DNA of 64,000 nt from Octopus vulgaris (lineage: Eukaryota), in assembly GCA_951406725.2 (NCBI GenBank), contig OX597833.1, positions 51,646,001 through 51,710,000 of the forward strand, in the 5' to 3' direction. The notes under the pieces are model-generated. The model saw only the letters and a list, made by a program, of their open reading frames with translations, did not search any database and had not been told where the DNA came from. Position numbers and translations under genes: made by a program. Shown here piece by piece: positions 1 through 13,917 of this stretch (position 1 is its first letter; the number at the start of each line of letters is the position of its first letter).

Positions 1-149
1 CTGATATCCTGTGCTGCGTAAACAAAAGACGGTGGCAGCTAGGTTTACAAGACCCTTCCTACTGGCGAAACCGAAATCTTTTTTCTTTTCACACAGCGTA
101 TCGATGCTAAGCAGGTGGTTTGCCAATATCGTGAATAAACAAGGGTCTC

Positions 150-167
150 TACAGAGCAGCAGCGGAG

Positions 168-238
<71 letters not shown>

Positions 239-725
239 TGCTGCAGCAGTGCTAGTAGTAGTAGGAGGAGGAGGAGGTGGAGGAGAGGAAGACGTGGGGA
301 AGGGGAGGAAGATGTGGAGGAGGGGAGGAGGAAGAACAAGAGGAGGAGGAGTTGCAGTATTAGTGGTAGTAGTAGTAGTAGTAGTAGCAGTAGTAGTCGT
401 AGAAGTTGTAGTAGTGGCAGTTGTAACAGTTGCAACAGCAGGAGTGCTTGTAGTAGTAGTAGTACTAGTAGTAGTAGTAGTACTAGTAGTAGTAGTAGTA
501 CTAGTAGTAGTAGAACTAGTAGTAGTAGAACTAGTAGCAGCAGCAGCAGTATTAGTAGTAAGAGGAGGAGTGGGAGGTGTCGCAGCAGCAGCTGTAGTAG
601 TAGTAGGAGGAGGAGGAGGAGGAGGAGAAGGAGCAAGGGAGGAAGGAGGAGGAGGAGCAAGGGAGGAAGGGAGAGGAGGGAGATGAGGAGGGAGAGGAAG
701 GAGTGTCACAGCCGCAGTAGCAGTA
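150..725. repeat. Compound trinucleotide microsatellite (AGC/AGT/AGG)n
   Basis: Runs of agc, agt and agg; source of the poly-S/T/V ORFs. Confidence 0.95.
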
Positions 726-869
726 TAGGAACAATAATGAATTTGTTTCATTGGCCCCAAGTACCTAAGGCGTTGGGCACCATAAAAGGGCGAAGTAGAA
801 AAAGGAACGACAAACATAAGAAAAAGGAACCGTTGGAAATTACATGAAAGCAAAACGATGAGATAAGCA

Positions 870-1336
870 ACTATGAATATGATAATCGTTTCCCCTAAAA
901 TTTGTGGGGAGGGAACTAGTGGATTCATTGGTTCTTAATTTATTGTCCCCGAAAGGATGACCTCGGCGGAATCTGAGCCCAGAACACAAGGACGGACAAA
1001 ATGCCGCTAAGCAATTTGCCCGGCGTGCTAACGTTTCTACCAGCTCACCGTTTTTTTCATAATATTAGTTTCAAATTTTGGCACAAGGCCAGCAATTTCG
1101 GGGGAGTTGGGGATCGATTATAGCGACACCCCTGCTTAACTGGTACTTATTTCATCGACCCCAAAAGGATAAAAGCAAAGTCAATTTCGGCGGAATTCGA
1201 ACTCAGAACGTAAGGACGAGCGAAATGTTGCTAATTTGCCAGCCGTGCTAACGATTCTGCCAGCTCGCCGCCTTTCGATAATAATAGTATCAAATTTTGC
1301 CACAAGACCAGCAGTTTTGGGGCACAGTGGAAGTCG
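870..1336 (-). mobile_element. Cluster of three head-to-tail partial SINE family B copies (variant tails)
   Basis: Repeated gacctcggcggaatttgaactcagaac...ccggcgtgctaac...cagctcgcc motifs and tttcaaattttggcacaaggccagca tails. Confidence 0.8.
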
Positions 1337-1401
1337 ATGACATAAAGAAGCTTGCTTCTCATCCACATAATGTGGATGAGAAGCAAGCTTCTTTATGTCA
1401 T
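1337..1401. repeat. Perfect palindrome, 32-bp arms with 1-nt spacer
   Basis: atgacataaagaagcttgcttctcatccacat-a-atgtggatgagaagcaagcttctttatgtcat. Confidence 0.95.
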
Positions 1402-1784
1402 GATTTTGGCCATAAGGCCTTACACAGAGAAAGGAAGCCGCGGGCTGGACGTAGACATAATGCTATATGAAATGCTCGACTAATGGCGGTGCTCCAGCAT
1501 GGCCACAGTCATATGACTGAAACAAGTAAAAGAGGAAAAAGAGAGAAAGTAATGAAATTGCTATATCTTGAAAGATTTTCACATGATTAAACAAGAGCTG
1601 CTTTCCTTTCTTCTCTATGTTTTGTATACATGGACCGAAGGTAAAAAAAACATTAAATGTTGTCATGTAAATTTTTGAAAATATGTGTTTGGCCATGCAA
1701 CGAATAATATATCAAAATATCTGATATATTTTCTAACTTTTTCTCAGACAATAATATACCTGGTTTCTCATTCAATTATTATAT

Positions 1785-1975
1785 ACTCTTTTACTTGTTT
1801 CAGTCATTTGACTGCGGCCATGATGGAGCACCGCCTTTAGTCGAGCAAATCGATCCGAGGACTTATTCTTTGTAAGCCTGGTATTTATTCTGTCGGTCTC
1901 TTTTTGCCGAACCGCTAAGTTACGGGGACGTAAGCACACCAGCATCGGTTGTCAAGCGATGTTGGGGAAAAACAT

Positions 1976-2006
<31 letters not shown>

Positions 2007-2208
2007 CACATACACACACACATATATGTATATATATATGCATATACACGATGGGCTTCTTTCAGTTTCCGTCTACCAAATCCACTCACAAGGCTTTTGT
2101 CGGCCCGAGGCTATAGTAGAAGACACTTGCCCAAGTTGCCACGCAGTGGGACTGAACCCGGAACCATGTGGTTGGTAAGCAAGCTACTTACCACACAACC
2201 ACTCCTGC
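1785..2208 (-). mobile_element. tRNA-derived SINE family A, near full length
   Basis: Reverse complement has A-box tggttgtgtgg, B-box ggttcagtccc, CORE-like cttgggcaagt segment, internal (TA/TG)n and tail gactgaaacaagtaaaagag; about 25 homologous copies in the window. Confidence 0.9.
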
Positions 2209-3039
2209 TTTTTCTTTCTCCTTTTTTTCTCCTCTCTCCCTTGAATTAATCACGTGTAAGCTTTACATTTCTTTACAATTACATTCATGGACTTTTCTTT
2301 ATCTCTCTTTTACTCCCTCCCCTTTTTTCTCTCTCCCTTTCCGTCTCCCTCTTTTTCTCTAATCACGTGAAAACGTTACCGACAGGCTAAGTAAGGCAAT
2401 GACAAGCAGAATTATTAAAAGATCATAATGATGTGTCTTTTTCTACTTGGTTGTCACTTTTCGTCAGAGGAGGTACAATTCAGCTTCTAATAAAATGCAT
2501 GCACTCGACTTCATGAACTCTATCCTTTCTTCCAGTATGTAAACACAAACATCTATTAATGTGTATGGGTGTGTGTGTGACAATGCCTTCAGATTAAAAA
2601 ATATATGCATTTTTAAACGAATAAAAGACGAAACAGAATTCCGCAGGATTCGAACTCAGAGCGCAGAAAGTCGGAATAAGCAATACGAGACACTCTATCC
2701 GATGCTCTAACGACATCGCCACTTGGCAGCCTTAAAGTAATTTTTACTAGTATTAATTGTAATGACGATGGCACACTTGTAAAAATATCATCACAACCAA
2801 TATGATACTTGTAAATAACCGTGATGGCGAAGATACTTGTAATATTTGGCTGAAACTGGAGAGGACCGGTTCCTTTTTAGGGAAACCATATTTTTTTTTT
2901 ATTATTATTATTATGTTTAAATATTTTCATTTCGGTTCCATCCGATCCATTAGCTGTCACCCCCCCCCATACCACTGCCTCCAAACATATAATACACTGC
3001 AGTCAGTTTTTGAAGTACTTTACCGAAAAGGAAATGTTG

Positions 3040-3059
3040 TTGATGACGATGATGATGAC

Positions 3060-3141
<82 letters not shown>

Positions 3142-3570
3142 GATGATGATGATGATGATGACGACGACGACGACGACGAGGAGCAGGAGGAGGAGAAAGA
3201 AGAACAAGAAGAAAGAGGAGGAGAGAAAGAAGAAGAAGAAGAAGAAAGCAGTAGAAGAAGAAGAAGAAGATGAAGAAGAAGAAGAAAAGAAGAAGAAGAA
3301 GAAGAAAAAAGAAGAAAAAGAAGAAGAAAAAGAAGAAAAAGAACAAGAACAAGAAGAAGAAAAAGAAGAAGAAAAAGAAGAAACAGAAAAAGAAGAAAAA
3401 AAGAAGAAAAAGAAGAAGAAAAAGAAGAAAAAGAAGAAGCAGTAGCAGAAGGGGAAGAAGAAGAAGAAGAAGAAGAAGAAGAAGAAGAAGAAAAAGAAGA
3501 AGAAGAAGAAGGGACGAAGATGATGATGAAGATGCGGAGGCAGAAGAAGACGACAAAAAGAAAAACAACC
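3040..3570. repeat. (GAT)n/(GAC)n followed by (GAA)n purine-rich microsatellite
   Basis: Direct reading. Confidence 0.95.
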
Positions 3571-3828
3571 CTAACAGCAAGAAGCTCTAAAGCAAATCCG
3601 TATTCAAAACATTGGTGGGGCTTCCGCTACTTTAAACTAGAAAGAGCCACAGCAAACCAAAACGGCGACCACACAACCATAGCCACAACCCCAAACAATC
3701 TCACTTAACTTTCACTTAAATGGCCTTTTTTATATAGTTTTGCTGTCACTTCTCCATTTCACTGGCCAGTTTAGTACGTTTTGATAGGATGACCACTTGG
3801 TGTTAAAGGACAACTGACCAGATGTTGC

Positions 3829-4093
3829 CACTCTCATTCTCTCTCTCTCTCTCTCTCTCTTTCTCTGTCCCTCTGTCCCTTTCTCTTTCTCTTAGTTATT
3901 CTCTATCGCTCTTTGTGTTCCTCTCTTCCCTCTCACATATCTGTCGGTCAATTTCTTGTCTTCCTACTGCTCGGATGACCACTCGGTGCAAAAAGGACAG
4001 CTGACAGTTCATGCTTCTTGTTCTTGCCTCCCTTTCTCTCTCTCACTCACTCTCTCTGTCTCTGTCTGTCTGTTCGTCTCTCTCTCTCTCTCG

Positions 4094-4153
<60 letters not shown>

Positions 4154-4222
4154 CTATCTGTCTCTGTCTGTCTCTGTCTCTCTCTATCTCTCTCTCTCAC
4201 TCTCTAACTGTCAGTCTGTCTG

Positions 4223-4275
<53 letters not shown>

Positions 4276-4290
4276 TTATCTATCTATATA

Positions 4291-4327
<37 letters not shown>

Positions 4328-4390
4328 TTTTTCTTTCTTTCTTTCAGTCTGTCTGTCCATCTATCTATCTATCTGTCTGTCTCTCTGTCA
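3829..4390. repeat. (CT)n/(ATCT)n/(TA)n compound microsatellite
   Basis: Direct reading. Confidence 0.9.
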
Positions 4391-4424
4391 TGCTGTTCTC
4401 AAATATTCTTTTAGTCTATTCTGT

Positions 4425-4787
4425 AAGGTAAAGTCAACCTCGGCGGAATTTGAACTCACAACGTAACGACAGACGAAATACGGCTACGCATTTCGCCCGG
4501 CGTGCTAACGTTTCTGCCATACCCTGGTGAAATAAATTTACATGCATATGCTTATTTCACCAGGGTATGGCAGAAACGTTAGCACGCCGGGCGAAATGCG
4601 TAGCCGTATTTCGTCTGTCGTTACGTTGTGAGTTCAAATTCCGCCGAGGTTGACTTTACCTTTCATCCTTTCGGGGTCGATAAATTAAGTACCAGTTACA
4701 CACTGGCGTCGATGTAATCGATTAATACCTATGTCTGTCCTTGTTTGTCCCCTCTATGTTTAGCCCCTTGTGGGTAATAAAGAAATA
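4425..4787 (+). mobile_element. SINE family B copy (4568-4787) with a foldback inverted duplicate of its head (111-bp arms 4425-4535 and 4552-4662)
   Basis: tRNA-like head tggcagaaacgttagc...gagttcaaattcc, central cctttcatcctttcggggtcgataaattaagtaccag, tail gccccttgtgggtaataaagaaata; arms are reverse complements. Confidence 0.9.
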
Positions 4788-5112
4788 GGTATTTCTGAAT
4801 GGTGCCTCGCCCACACACGCGCACATACATTTCGATAGGTAGACATACATGCAGGAAGACAGACAGTCAGATAGATAGAAACATATAAGAATATGAATAA
4901 ACGAATAGATGAGTAGATAGATGAATAGGTATGTAGATTGATAGATAGAGACGGTGAGGGAGAGAGAGATAGTTAGAGTAAGAGAGAAGAGAAAGTGAGC
5001 GAGATTTTATTTCTTTATTGCCCACAGAGGAGATAAACATAGAAGGGACAAACAAGCACAAAGGGATTAGGTCGGTTACATCGACCCAAGTGCGTAACTG
5101 GTACTTATTTAA

Positions 5113-5154
<42 letters not shown>

Positions 5155-5171
5155 AACTAGTAGTAGTAGTA

Positions 5172-5206
<35 letters not shown>

Positions 5207-5742
5207 GCAGTACCAGGCTCTCATGGCTTCTGATCTTAACTGATTGGAAGTGTTATCATGTACATTGTTTTGTCTTGGTATAAAAGATGGGCTACAGCAA
5301 ATATTCTGCTCAATACCACATATTTGCTTGTCAGTTGTTTGACCTTAACCAGTTGAGCATGTCCCTTAGTGGCTGACGATATGTGCATCTCTGATCACGA
5401 GTAGAAGTAGTGGGGGAGCATCATAGCCATGTGTTGAGAGGGATTCTTTGGGGTTTGAATAATTCACCTCTGGAAACATGGGTGGTTCTTTCAACATCCT
5501 TAAACAACCCTTATTCAGGGACCTTTTGAGCGGGATGGGCTACTCAACCTGAAGAAAATTCTAACTGGGCCCCACCTGCAAGTTCATGTGCTGTTTATCT
5601 TGATATGAGATCACCAAGTCGCGCACATATGGTTGTGATGCATGTGCCTGGTGTACCCTTATCAGACGGGTAGTCATGATGGGTATATTGGGCTTTGTAT
5701 ATTTTACCCCAGTGTCACTTTGATGGCATGCACTGCTCTCTC
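5207..5742 (+). mobile_element. Family F non-coding element embedded in (AAT)n (slightly 5'-truncated)
   Basis: Reverse complement of 35912-36468; flanked by (AAT)n on both sides. Orientation assigned from the truncation pattern. Confidence 0.85.
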
Positions 5743-6603
<861 letters not shown>

Positions 6604-6962
6604 ACCTCGACATGGTCCTTATCAAAATCTGGATTGTTGTAAACTTCCTCAAGAACGTTAGCGATTCATAGACGGCGCATCTACGCTTTGGCTTCATTTG
6701 GTGAGAAAAGCAGTCAATTTTCCCTCAAAATTAACGTCGCAAAGTATTTTCCTGGTTTTTTTTTTTTGTTTTTTTTTGTTTTACTTTTTTGAGAAAAGAA
6801 AGAAATGGTATAGTGGAATAATATAAGTCATAGAGAAATATCAGATGGTCTTATGTAGGGTTCTTTTGAGTATAGGTTTATTCTTAAAGGTAGATCTGAT
6901 CTTGGGCTAAACACCAACATAGGCAATAAACACCAACAATAACGACAGCAGTTCACGCGTTG

Positions 6963-7620
6963 ACACACACACACACACACACACATACATACACACACAC
7001 ACAAGCTCACGCACACACACACACACACATACACTCACAAGCTCACGCACGCACACGTACGCACACACACACACACAAGCACACGCACACACACACACAC
7101 GCGCACACACACACAAGCTCACGCACACATACACTCACAAGCTCACGCACGCACACGTACGCACGCACACACACACAAGCACACGCACACACACACACTC
7201 AAGCTCACGCACACACACGCACGCACACACACACACACACAAGCTCACGCACACACACACACGCACGCACACACACAAAGCTCACGCACACACACACACA
7301 CACAAGCCCATGCACACACACACACACACGCACACACGCAAGCTCACGCACACACACTCACGCACACACACACACACACAAGCTCACGCACACACACACA
7401 CGCACGCACACACACAAAGCTCACGCACACACACACACACACAAGCCCATGCACACACACACACACACGCACACACGCAAGCTCACGCACACACACACAC
7501 GCACACACACAAGCTCACGCACACACACGCACGCACACACACAGGCTCACGCACACACACACACACACACACAAGCTCACACACACACACACACACACAC
7601 GCATGCGCACTCACGCACGT
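6963..7620. repeat. CA-rich minisatellite with recurring caagctcacgcacac unit
   Basis: More than ten recurrences of aagctcacgc among CA runs. Confidence 0.9.
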
Positions 7621-7927
7621 AGAGTGTTCTTTGGACATACCAATATAGCGACAACTCTTCTAACAACGACCACATCCCTAAACAACAACAACAACAACAA
7701 CAGAAACAGCATAAACAACAACAACAACAACAGCAACAACGACGATGACAACGACGACAACGATGACGATGACGATGACGATGACAGCATCCTTTTTGTT
7801 TATCTAATGGCGATAATAGTCTAAAATCTGTTTCCCCACACATCATTGCGCTGTGGAGTTGTTATATCAGTTTATCAGGTGACATACTTCAGATGGCACG
7901 AGCGCATCAATGGCCTCTTCAGAATCG

Positions 7928-7962
<35 letters not shown>

Positions 7963-8149
7963 GTCGTCGTCGTCGTCATCACCAACGCCGTCATCATCAT
8001 TGTTACCATCTTCGTTATCATCACCACCGTCCTTGTCGTCCTCCATCGTTGGTATCATCATATCCCTACTAAACGTGCACAGTATGTTAGCTCTTGGTAG
8101 GGTTTCGGGTTACATGTGTGCTTGTGTGTGGGGGTGGGGGTGTGTGTTT

Positions 8150-8430
8150 GTGTGTGTGTGCACATCACATGTACACCCCACCGCACACCTATACACGTGA
8201 GTATGTGTGTGTGTGTGTATGTGTGTTTGTGTGTGTTTTTGTGTGTGGTGTGTGCGCACTTCACATATACACCCCCATCGCACTCCCGTGCACACCTGTA
8301 CTTGTGTGTGTGTGTGTGCACATCACATGTACACCCCACCGCACCCCCGTGCACACCTATACATGTGAGTATGTGTGTGTGTGTGTGTCCGTGTGTGTGT
8401 GTGTTTGTGTGTGGTGTGTGTGTGTGTGTC
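8150..8430. repeat. Tandem duplication (~155 bp) in a TG-rich tract
   Basis: gtgcacatcacatgtacaccccaccgcac...acctataca(c/t)gtgagtatgtg occurs at about 8158 and 8316. Confidence 0.8.
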
Positions 8431-8941
8431 CTCTCTACAACTTCACAGCCACTGTTGGATTAGGTACCCCTCTTCCAGCGGTTCGGCAAAAGTGACCGAT
8501 AGATTAAATACCGGACTTTAAGTAAGGGCTCAATTTGTTCGACTGCATACCTTTCAAGGCTATACCCAAGTATCGACACATTTCGATGACTGAAACAAGT
8601 AATAGAACCAATTAATCAATCAATCAGTCAATGTTCATATTTTCTCTTCTCTATCCCAAATCACTATATCTGGTCTATTATGTGTGCATTTCATCGGGGT
8701 TGAGGTTTTCACTGGAACATTTCACCAATACCCTTTCATATTATGAGTGGTCGTGGCCTCTAGCACACTGGGTTTTTATCCTCTCCGTGACTCAGTGACT
8801 ATCGATAGAGTCGTTAACCAATGAGTCACTGAGAAGTCTACGAAAAGGCAACGAATGAACTTTGACAAAAAATCGGATATTTGATTAATATAATTAACAC
8901 ATACACTGGTTCAATTCCATACACGCACATACACACACACG

Positions 8942-9085
8942 AGTTTGACTGGGCTCCATGTGACTCAGTTCCACAGGCTTCTTACAGAAATCTAGCTCAT
9001 TCAGGCTCATTTAAGTGTGTCTGAATGAGCCAAGTCTCTGAAGGAAGCCTGTGAACCTTTAAGTCGCGTAGAACTGAATCAAACT
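8942..9085. repeat. Imperfect ~145-bp palindrome (MITE-like or hairpin)
   Basis: Nested pairs agtttga/tcaaact, cacaggcttc/gaagcctgtg, gctcattcag/ctgaatgagc. Confidence 0.8.
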
Positions 9086-9116
9086 GTTTAAAACAACAAT
9101 ATAATAATAATAATAA

Positions 9117-9320
9117 TCCTTTCTATTATAAGCAGAAAGTCTGAAATTTGGGAGCGGGGGCATAATCGATCATATCGAGGCCAGTACTTAACTGGTTCTT
9201 AATTTATCGACCCCGAAAGGATGAACGGCAAAGTTGACTTCCACGGAATTTGAACTCAGAACGTAAGGACAGACGAAATGCCGCTAAGCATTTCACCCGG
9301 CGATCTAACCATTCTACCAC
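9117..9320 (-). mobile_element. SINE family B, alternative tail variant
   Basis: aatttatcgaccccgaaaggatgaacggcaaagttgac...gaactcagaac. Confidence 0.85.
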
Positions 9321-9940
9321 ATCACTAGTTAGTGTTTCTCTGACTCAAATTTCTTCAAAACAGCATGTTTTGAATAAGAAACGGGAAAATATATATCACA
9401 TCTAATTCGTGATTTCATTGAGACGTGCAGATGTTTTAGTTGAATAAAATCATCATTTATATAAACACGTATTTGACATACACAATAAATTAGTTACGTA
9501 ATCATATAAATGATGTTTTTACTTTGTCGAAACAGCTGTAGAGCAGACTTAAATTGCGAATTATATGTGAAAATTACGCTTTTCTGCTTTTTATTCACAC
9601 ACAAGCACACACATACGCACGCAGTAAGTTTTGTATAATCACTTCTCAACGAACAGTTTTTGTTACACTGACCATCGGAAAAATATCTTCAGATATTGCT
9701 TGAATATTACAACATACCACCAACAGCATCCATCAAGCATTGCAATTATATTAGCTAGGAAATATGAGACAAAAAGAAAAAATACTGTGCACGAGGTTTG
9801 CTTGGCACTTAGAGCTGCAGCCAATGGCTTGGTGAAATCGCACTATAAAAAGTATTGATAATCAATAGGTCCGAAATGTGTATAATAGATTCTGCGAAGT
9901 TTTGGGAAAGAATAATCACATTGTTATTATATTTATAAAC

Positions 9941-10103
9941 AGGCGTAGGAGTGGCTGTGTGGTAAGTAGCTTGCTTACAAACCACATGGTTCCGGGTTCA
10001 ATCCCACTGCGTGGCACCTTGGGCAAGTGCCTTCTGCTAGAGCCTCGGGCCGACCAAAGCCTTGTGAGTGGAATTGGTAGACGGAAACTGAAAGAAACCC
10101 GTC

Positions 10104-10153
<50 letters not shown>

Positions 10154-10483
10154 TACATACATACATACATACATACATACATACATACATACATACACAC
10201 ACACATATATATACATACACACACACACACACACATATATATATATGTATGTATGTATGTATGTGTGTATATATATTTGTTTGTGTGTGTTTGTCCCTCA
10301 ACATCGCTTGACAACCGATGCTGGTGTGTTTACGTCCCCGTAACTTAGCTGTTTAGCAAAAGAAACCGATAGACTAAAAACTAGGTATACAAAAAATAAG
10401 TCCTGGGGTCGATTTGCGCGACTAAAGGCGGTGCTCTAGCATGGCCACAGTCAAATGACTGAAACAAATAAAAGAGTAAAAGA
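9941..10483 (+). mobile_element. SINE family A, full length, expanded internal microsatellite
   Basis: aggcgtaggagtggctgtgtggtaag...gactgaaacaaataaaagagtaaaagag. Confidence 0.92.
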
Positions 10484-11217
10484 GATAGTCGCACCTTGAA
10501 CGTGTTTAACAACAACGACGACCACGACGGCTTTATCTGACCTCGGCGGAATTTGAACTCAGAACGTAACGGCAGACGAAATACCACTAAGCATTTCGCC
10601 CGGCGTGCTAACGTTTCTGCCGAGAAAATGAACTGCTGTCAGTTCATGATTCCACCGATTCGGGAATCGAACTTAAATTTCATATGAAAGAATGGATATG
10701 ATATGCGTAAAATTCTATATATGATGGCAGGCGTAGACACACACAGAGCAGGTAGCGGAAAAAAACACCAGAGAAAGCTTGCCTCGGAAACGGAAATGAT
10801 TTTCAGGAAAAACGAGAAACGTATAAGAAATGAACCACACAAAATAACAAGCATGAAACCACACGAAATAACACAAATCCAAGCATAGAAAACACACACA
10901 CACAAACACACACACATACGCATATACACTGAGGCAAACTCACACGCAGGCACACAGAACATGCGTCCATATGCATAATTTTAGAGCCGAAACAGTCTTC
11001 GTTTCAACAGTATTTAATGCATAACCGTCGGCTTCCCTTCTCAGTTCTAACATTACGGTTAATGTTAGAATGTGTAAAAGATACCGATGTTTGGCATGTA
11101 TTAATTTGTAGGAAACTGGAATAAAGATCTAGTTTGAACTTCATGCCAGCTTGGCGTTATAACATATTGCAACATAGACTGCAAAATGTGTTGAAATACT
11201 TCATACACAGCAAGGAT

Positions 11218-11219
<2 letters not shown>

Positions 11220-11267
<48 letters not shown>

Positions 11268-11404
11268 CATGCATACATACATACATATATATATATGCAT
11301 ACATATATATATACATATATATACATACATATATACATACATATGTATAGACATATATACATATATATATATACATATATACATACATATATATAAATAC
11401 ATAC

Positions 11405-11435
<31 letters not shown>

Positions 11436-11920
11436 TATATATATATATGATATATATGCATGTGTGTGTATATAGATATATGTGTGTGTTGTGTTTATGT
11501 ATGTATGTGTATATATATAAATACACATATATATATATAAACGTATATATGTATATATATATATGTATGTCTATCTATCAATCTATCTATATATATATAT
11601 ATGTATGTATGCATGTATGTATGTATGTATGTATGTATGTATGTATGTATGTATGTATGTATGCATGTATGTATGTATGTATGCATGTATGCATTGTATG
11701 TATGTATGTATGTATGTATGTATGTATTGTATTGTATGTATGTATGTATGTACGTATGTATGCATGTATGTATGTATGTATGTATGCATGTATGTATGTA
11801 TGTATGTATGTATGTATGTATGTATGTATGTATGTATGTATGTATGTATGTATGTATGTATGTATGTATGTATGTATGTATGTATGTATGTATGTATGTA
11901 TGTATGTGTGTATGTATGTA
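11220..11920. repeat. (TA)n/(TACA)n/(TGTA)n compound microsatellite
   Basis: Direct reading. Confidence 0.95.
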
Positions 11921-12159
11921 CCACGCTCACTTATATAATTGCATGTATACATTTATAAGTGTTTGAATAAATAATGTATAGTAAACCTACAAGTGTGTAT
12001 TTTTAGTCGCCATGCAGTTAGACTCACTGTGGAAATATAGTGACCATAGTTAAAAATATTTTGTCTGTACGTGTATACAGCCAAATGCATGCACATACAC
12101 ACATTTGTCCAAATACATACACATACACATACACTTACATCATGTCAGCGGCATTAGTG

Positions 12160-12456
12160 AATGCGCGTGGCTTAGTGGTAAGAGCATTCGGCTCACGACC
12201 TTACGATCATGAGTTCGATTCCCAGTGGCGTGCAAGACACTTTATTTCACGTTGCTGAAGTCTAAGCCTGGCAAATGTGAGCAGTACCAGTATTTCAAAG
12301 GGCCAGTTTTCTCACATTCTGTATCATGCTGAATTTCCCTGGGAATTACGTTAAAGGTACGCGTATCTAATGAGTGCTCAGCCACCTGCACATTAATTTA
12401 AGGGGCAAGTTTATCAGATCATCTGAAACCCTTGTCGTCTTAACCGATGGAGTGTC
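12160..12456 (+). mobile_element. tRNA-derived SINE family E, diverged
   Basis: A-box tggcttagtgg, B-box gagttcgattccc, acactttatttcacgttgct; homologous to 18417-18731 (-) and 45958-46270 (+). Confidence 0.8.
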
Positions 12457-12660
12457 AGAAAGAATCCGTGATAGTAAATGATACTTCTTTCATAAATTAT
12501 GTTCATATTTATACACAAATTCAAATTTGTGTATAAGTTTTATGTTTAGAATGTAACATTATTCAGCCATTCAAATCTTCTCATATTCAAATAAGCATTC
12601 ACCTAAATTTCAACCATTCACGAAAATATAGACCAAAATATAGAATAAATAATATACGGT

Positions 12661-13082
12661 AGGAGTGGCATAGAGTGGCTGTGTGGTAAGTAACTTGATT
12701 ACCAACCATATGGTTCCGGGTTCAGTCCCACTGCGTGGCACCTTGGACAAGTGTCTTCTACTATGGCTTAAGGTCGACCAAAGCCTTGTGAGTGGATTTG
12801 GTAGACGGAAACTGAAAGAAGCCCGTCGTATATATGTATATGTATATATATGTATATGTTTGTATGCCTGTGTTCGCCCTCCCCCCATCGCTTGACAACC
12901 GATGCTAGTGTGTTTACGTCCCCGTCACTTAGCGTTTCGGCAAAAGAGACTAATAGAATAAGTACTAGGCTTACAAAGAATAAAGTCCTGGGGTCGATTT
13001 GCTCGACTAAAGGCGGTGCTCCAGCATGGCCGCAGTCAAATGACTGAAACAAGTAAACGAGAGTAAAAGAGTAAAAGAGAGT
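12661..13082 (+). mobile_element. SINE family A
   Basis: Full head, body and (gagtaaaa)n tail. Confidence 0.92.
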
Positions 13083-13539
13083 GCGGTGGTGATTCCTCTC
13101 CGGAAGTTTTGCTCGTTTTCTTCAACTCACCATTCGTGCTCCCACTGTCGTGAAGAGTATCAAAATAGATGAATAAATGAAGTTGCTATCTGTTACCTCA
13201 GTTCTACACCATTTAGCATTTTACATCATCTTTCTTTGTTAGCAGGCCTTGGATTAAACAACTGCAACAATGAAGATAAACTTCTGATGCACCTACGTCC
13301 AGATGAGGCTAAATGGAAAAGCTTTAAAAGTATAAAAGAAACTGATAAAATGGTTATTATGGAAATTTGTAATTAATAATAAAATTTGCAATGTATTAGT
13401 ACGATTATTGCAAGGCCTTCCATCCGACGCTCTTCTGGTGAAGAGAAGCCCATGCAATGTTCGCTCCTTAATATCAAAATACTTAACTTCCAAAAGAACA
13501 TCTATTATAATAGATAACGAAAGCTAACGGCATTGAAAG

Positions 13540-13821
13540 TATTATAGAAGAAGGCTTGCTCTTCATTCCGTAGAAGATAAAATTCAAATCGGACCATGTT
13601 AACACCAAAAATTATTTACATCAAAAAGGTGCTTTTTTCTATGAAAATCCCTATTTTTTACGATTTTTTGACTGCTTGTCGCCATTTTTCGGTGTATTTT
13701 AACCAGAAAAATGTTCACTTAAAGAGAATAACAAGCTACATAATGCAAAACTTTTACTTTTCAAAAGTTCCAATTCTAAAGGGTCGAAACAAACCCGAGC
13801 AACGCTGGGCGATACTGATAG
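13540..13821 (+). mobile_element. Helitron-like 3' end fragment
   Basis: Ends acaaacccgagcaacgctgggcgatactgatagt, matching the hairpin and CTAG terminus at 61934-61966; 5' boundary uncertain. Confidence 0.65.
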
Positions 13822-13917
13822 TGTTATATTAAAGAAAACTACTGCCAATGAACCACATATTTCTTTCTCGTTTTTCATTTGGTTGTCAAATATTTTCTTT
13901 CGTATTTTTCTACTTTT

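Noticed and set aside
11-928. Long ORFs of 278 and 259 aa and similar poly-amino-acid ORFs throughout
   Set aside because: They are translations of stop-free microsatellite frames with no domain content.
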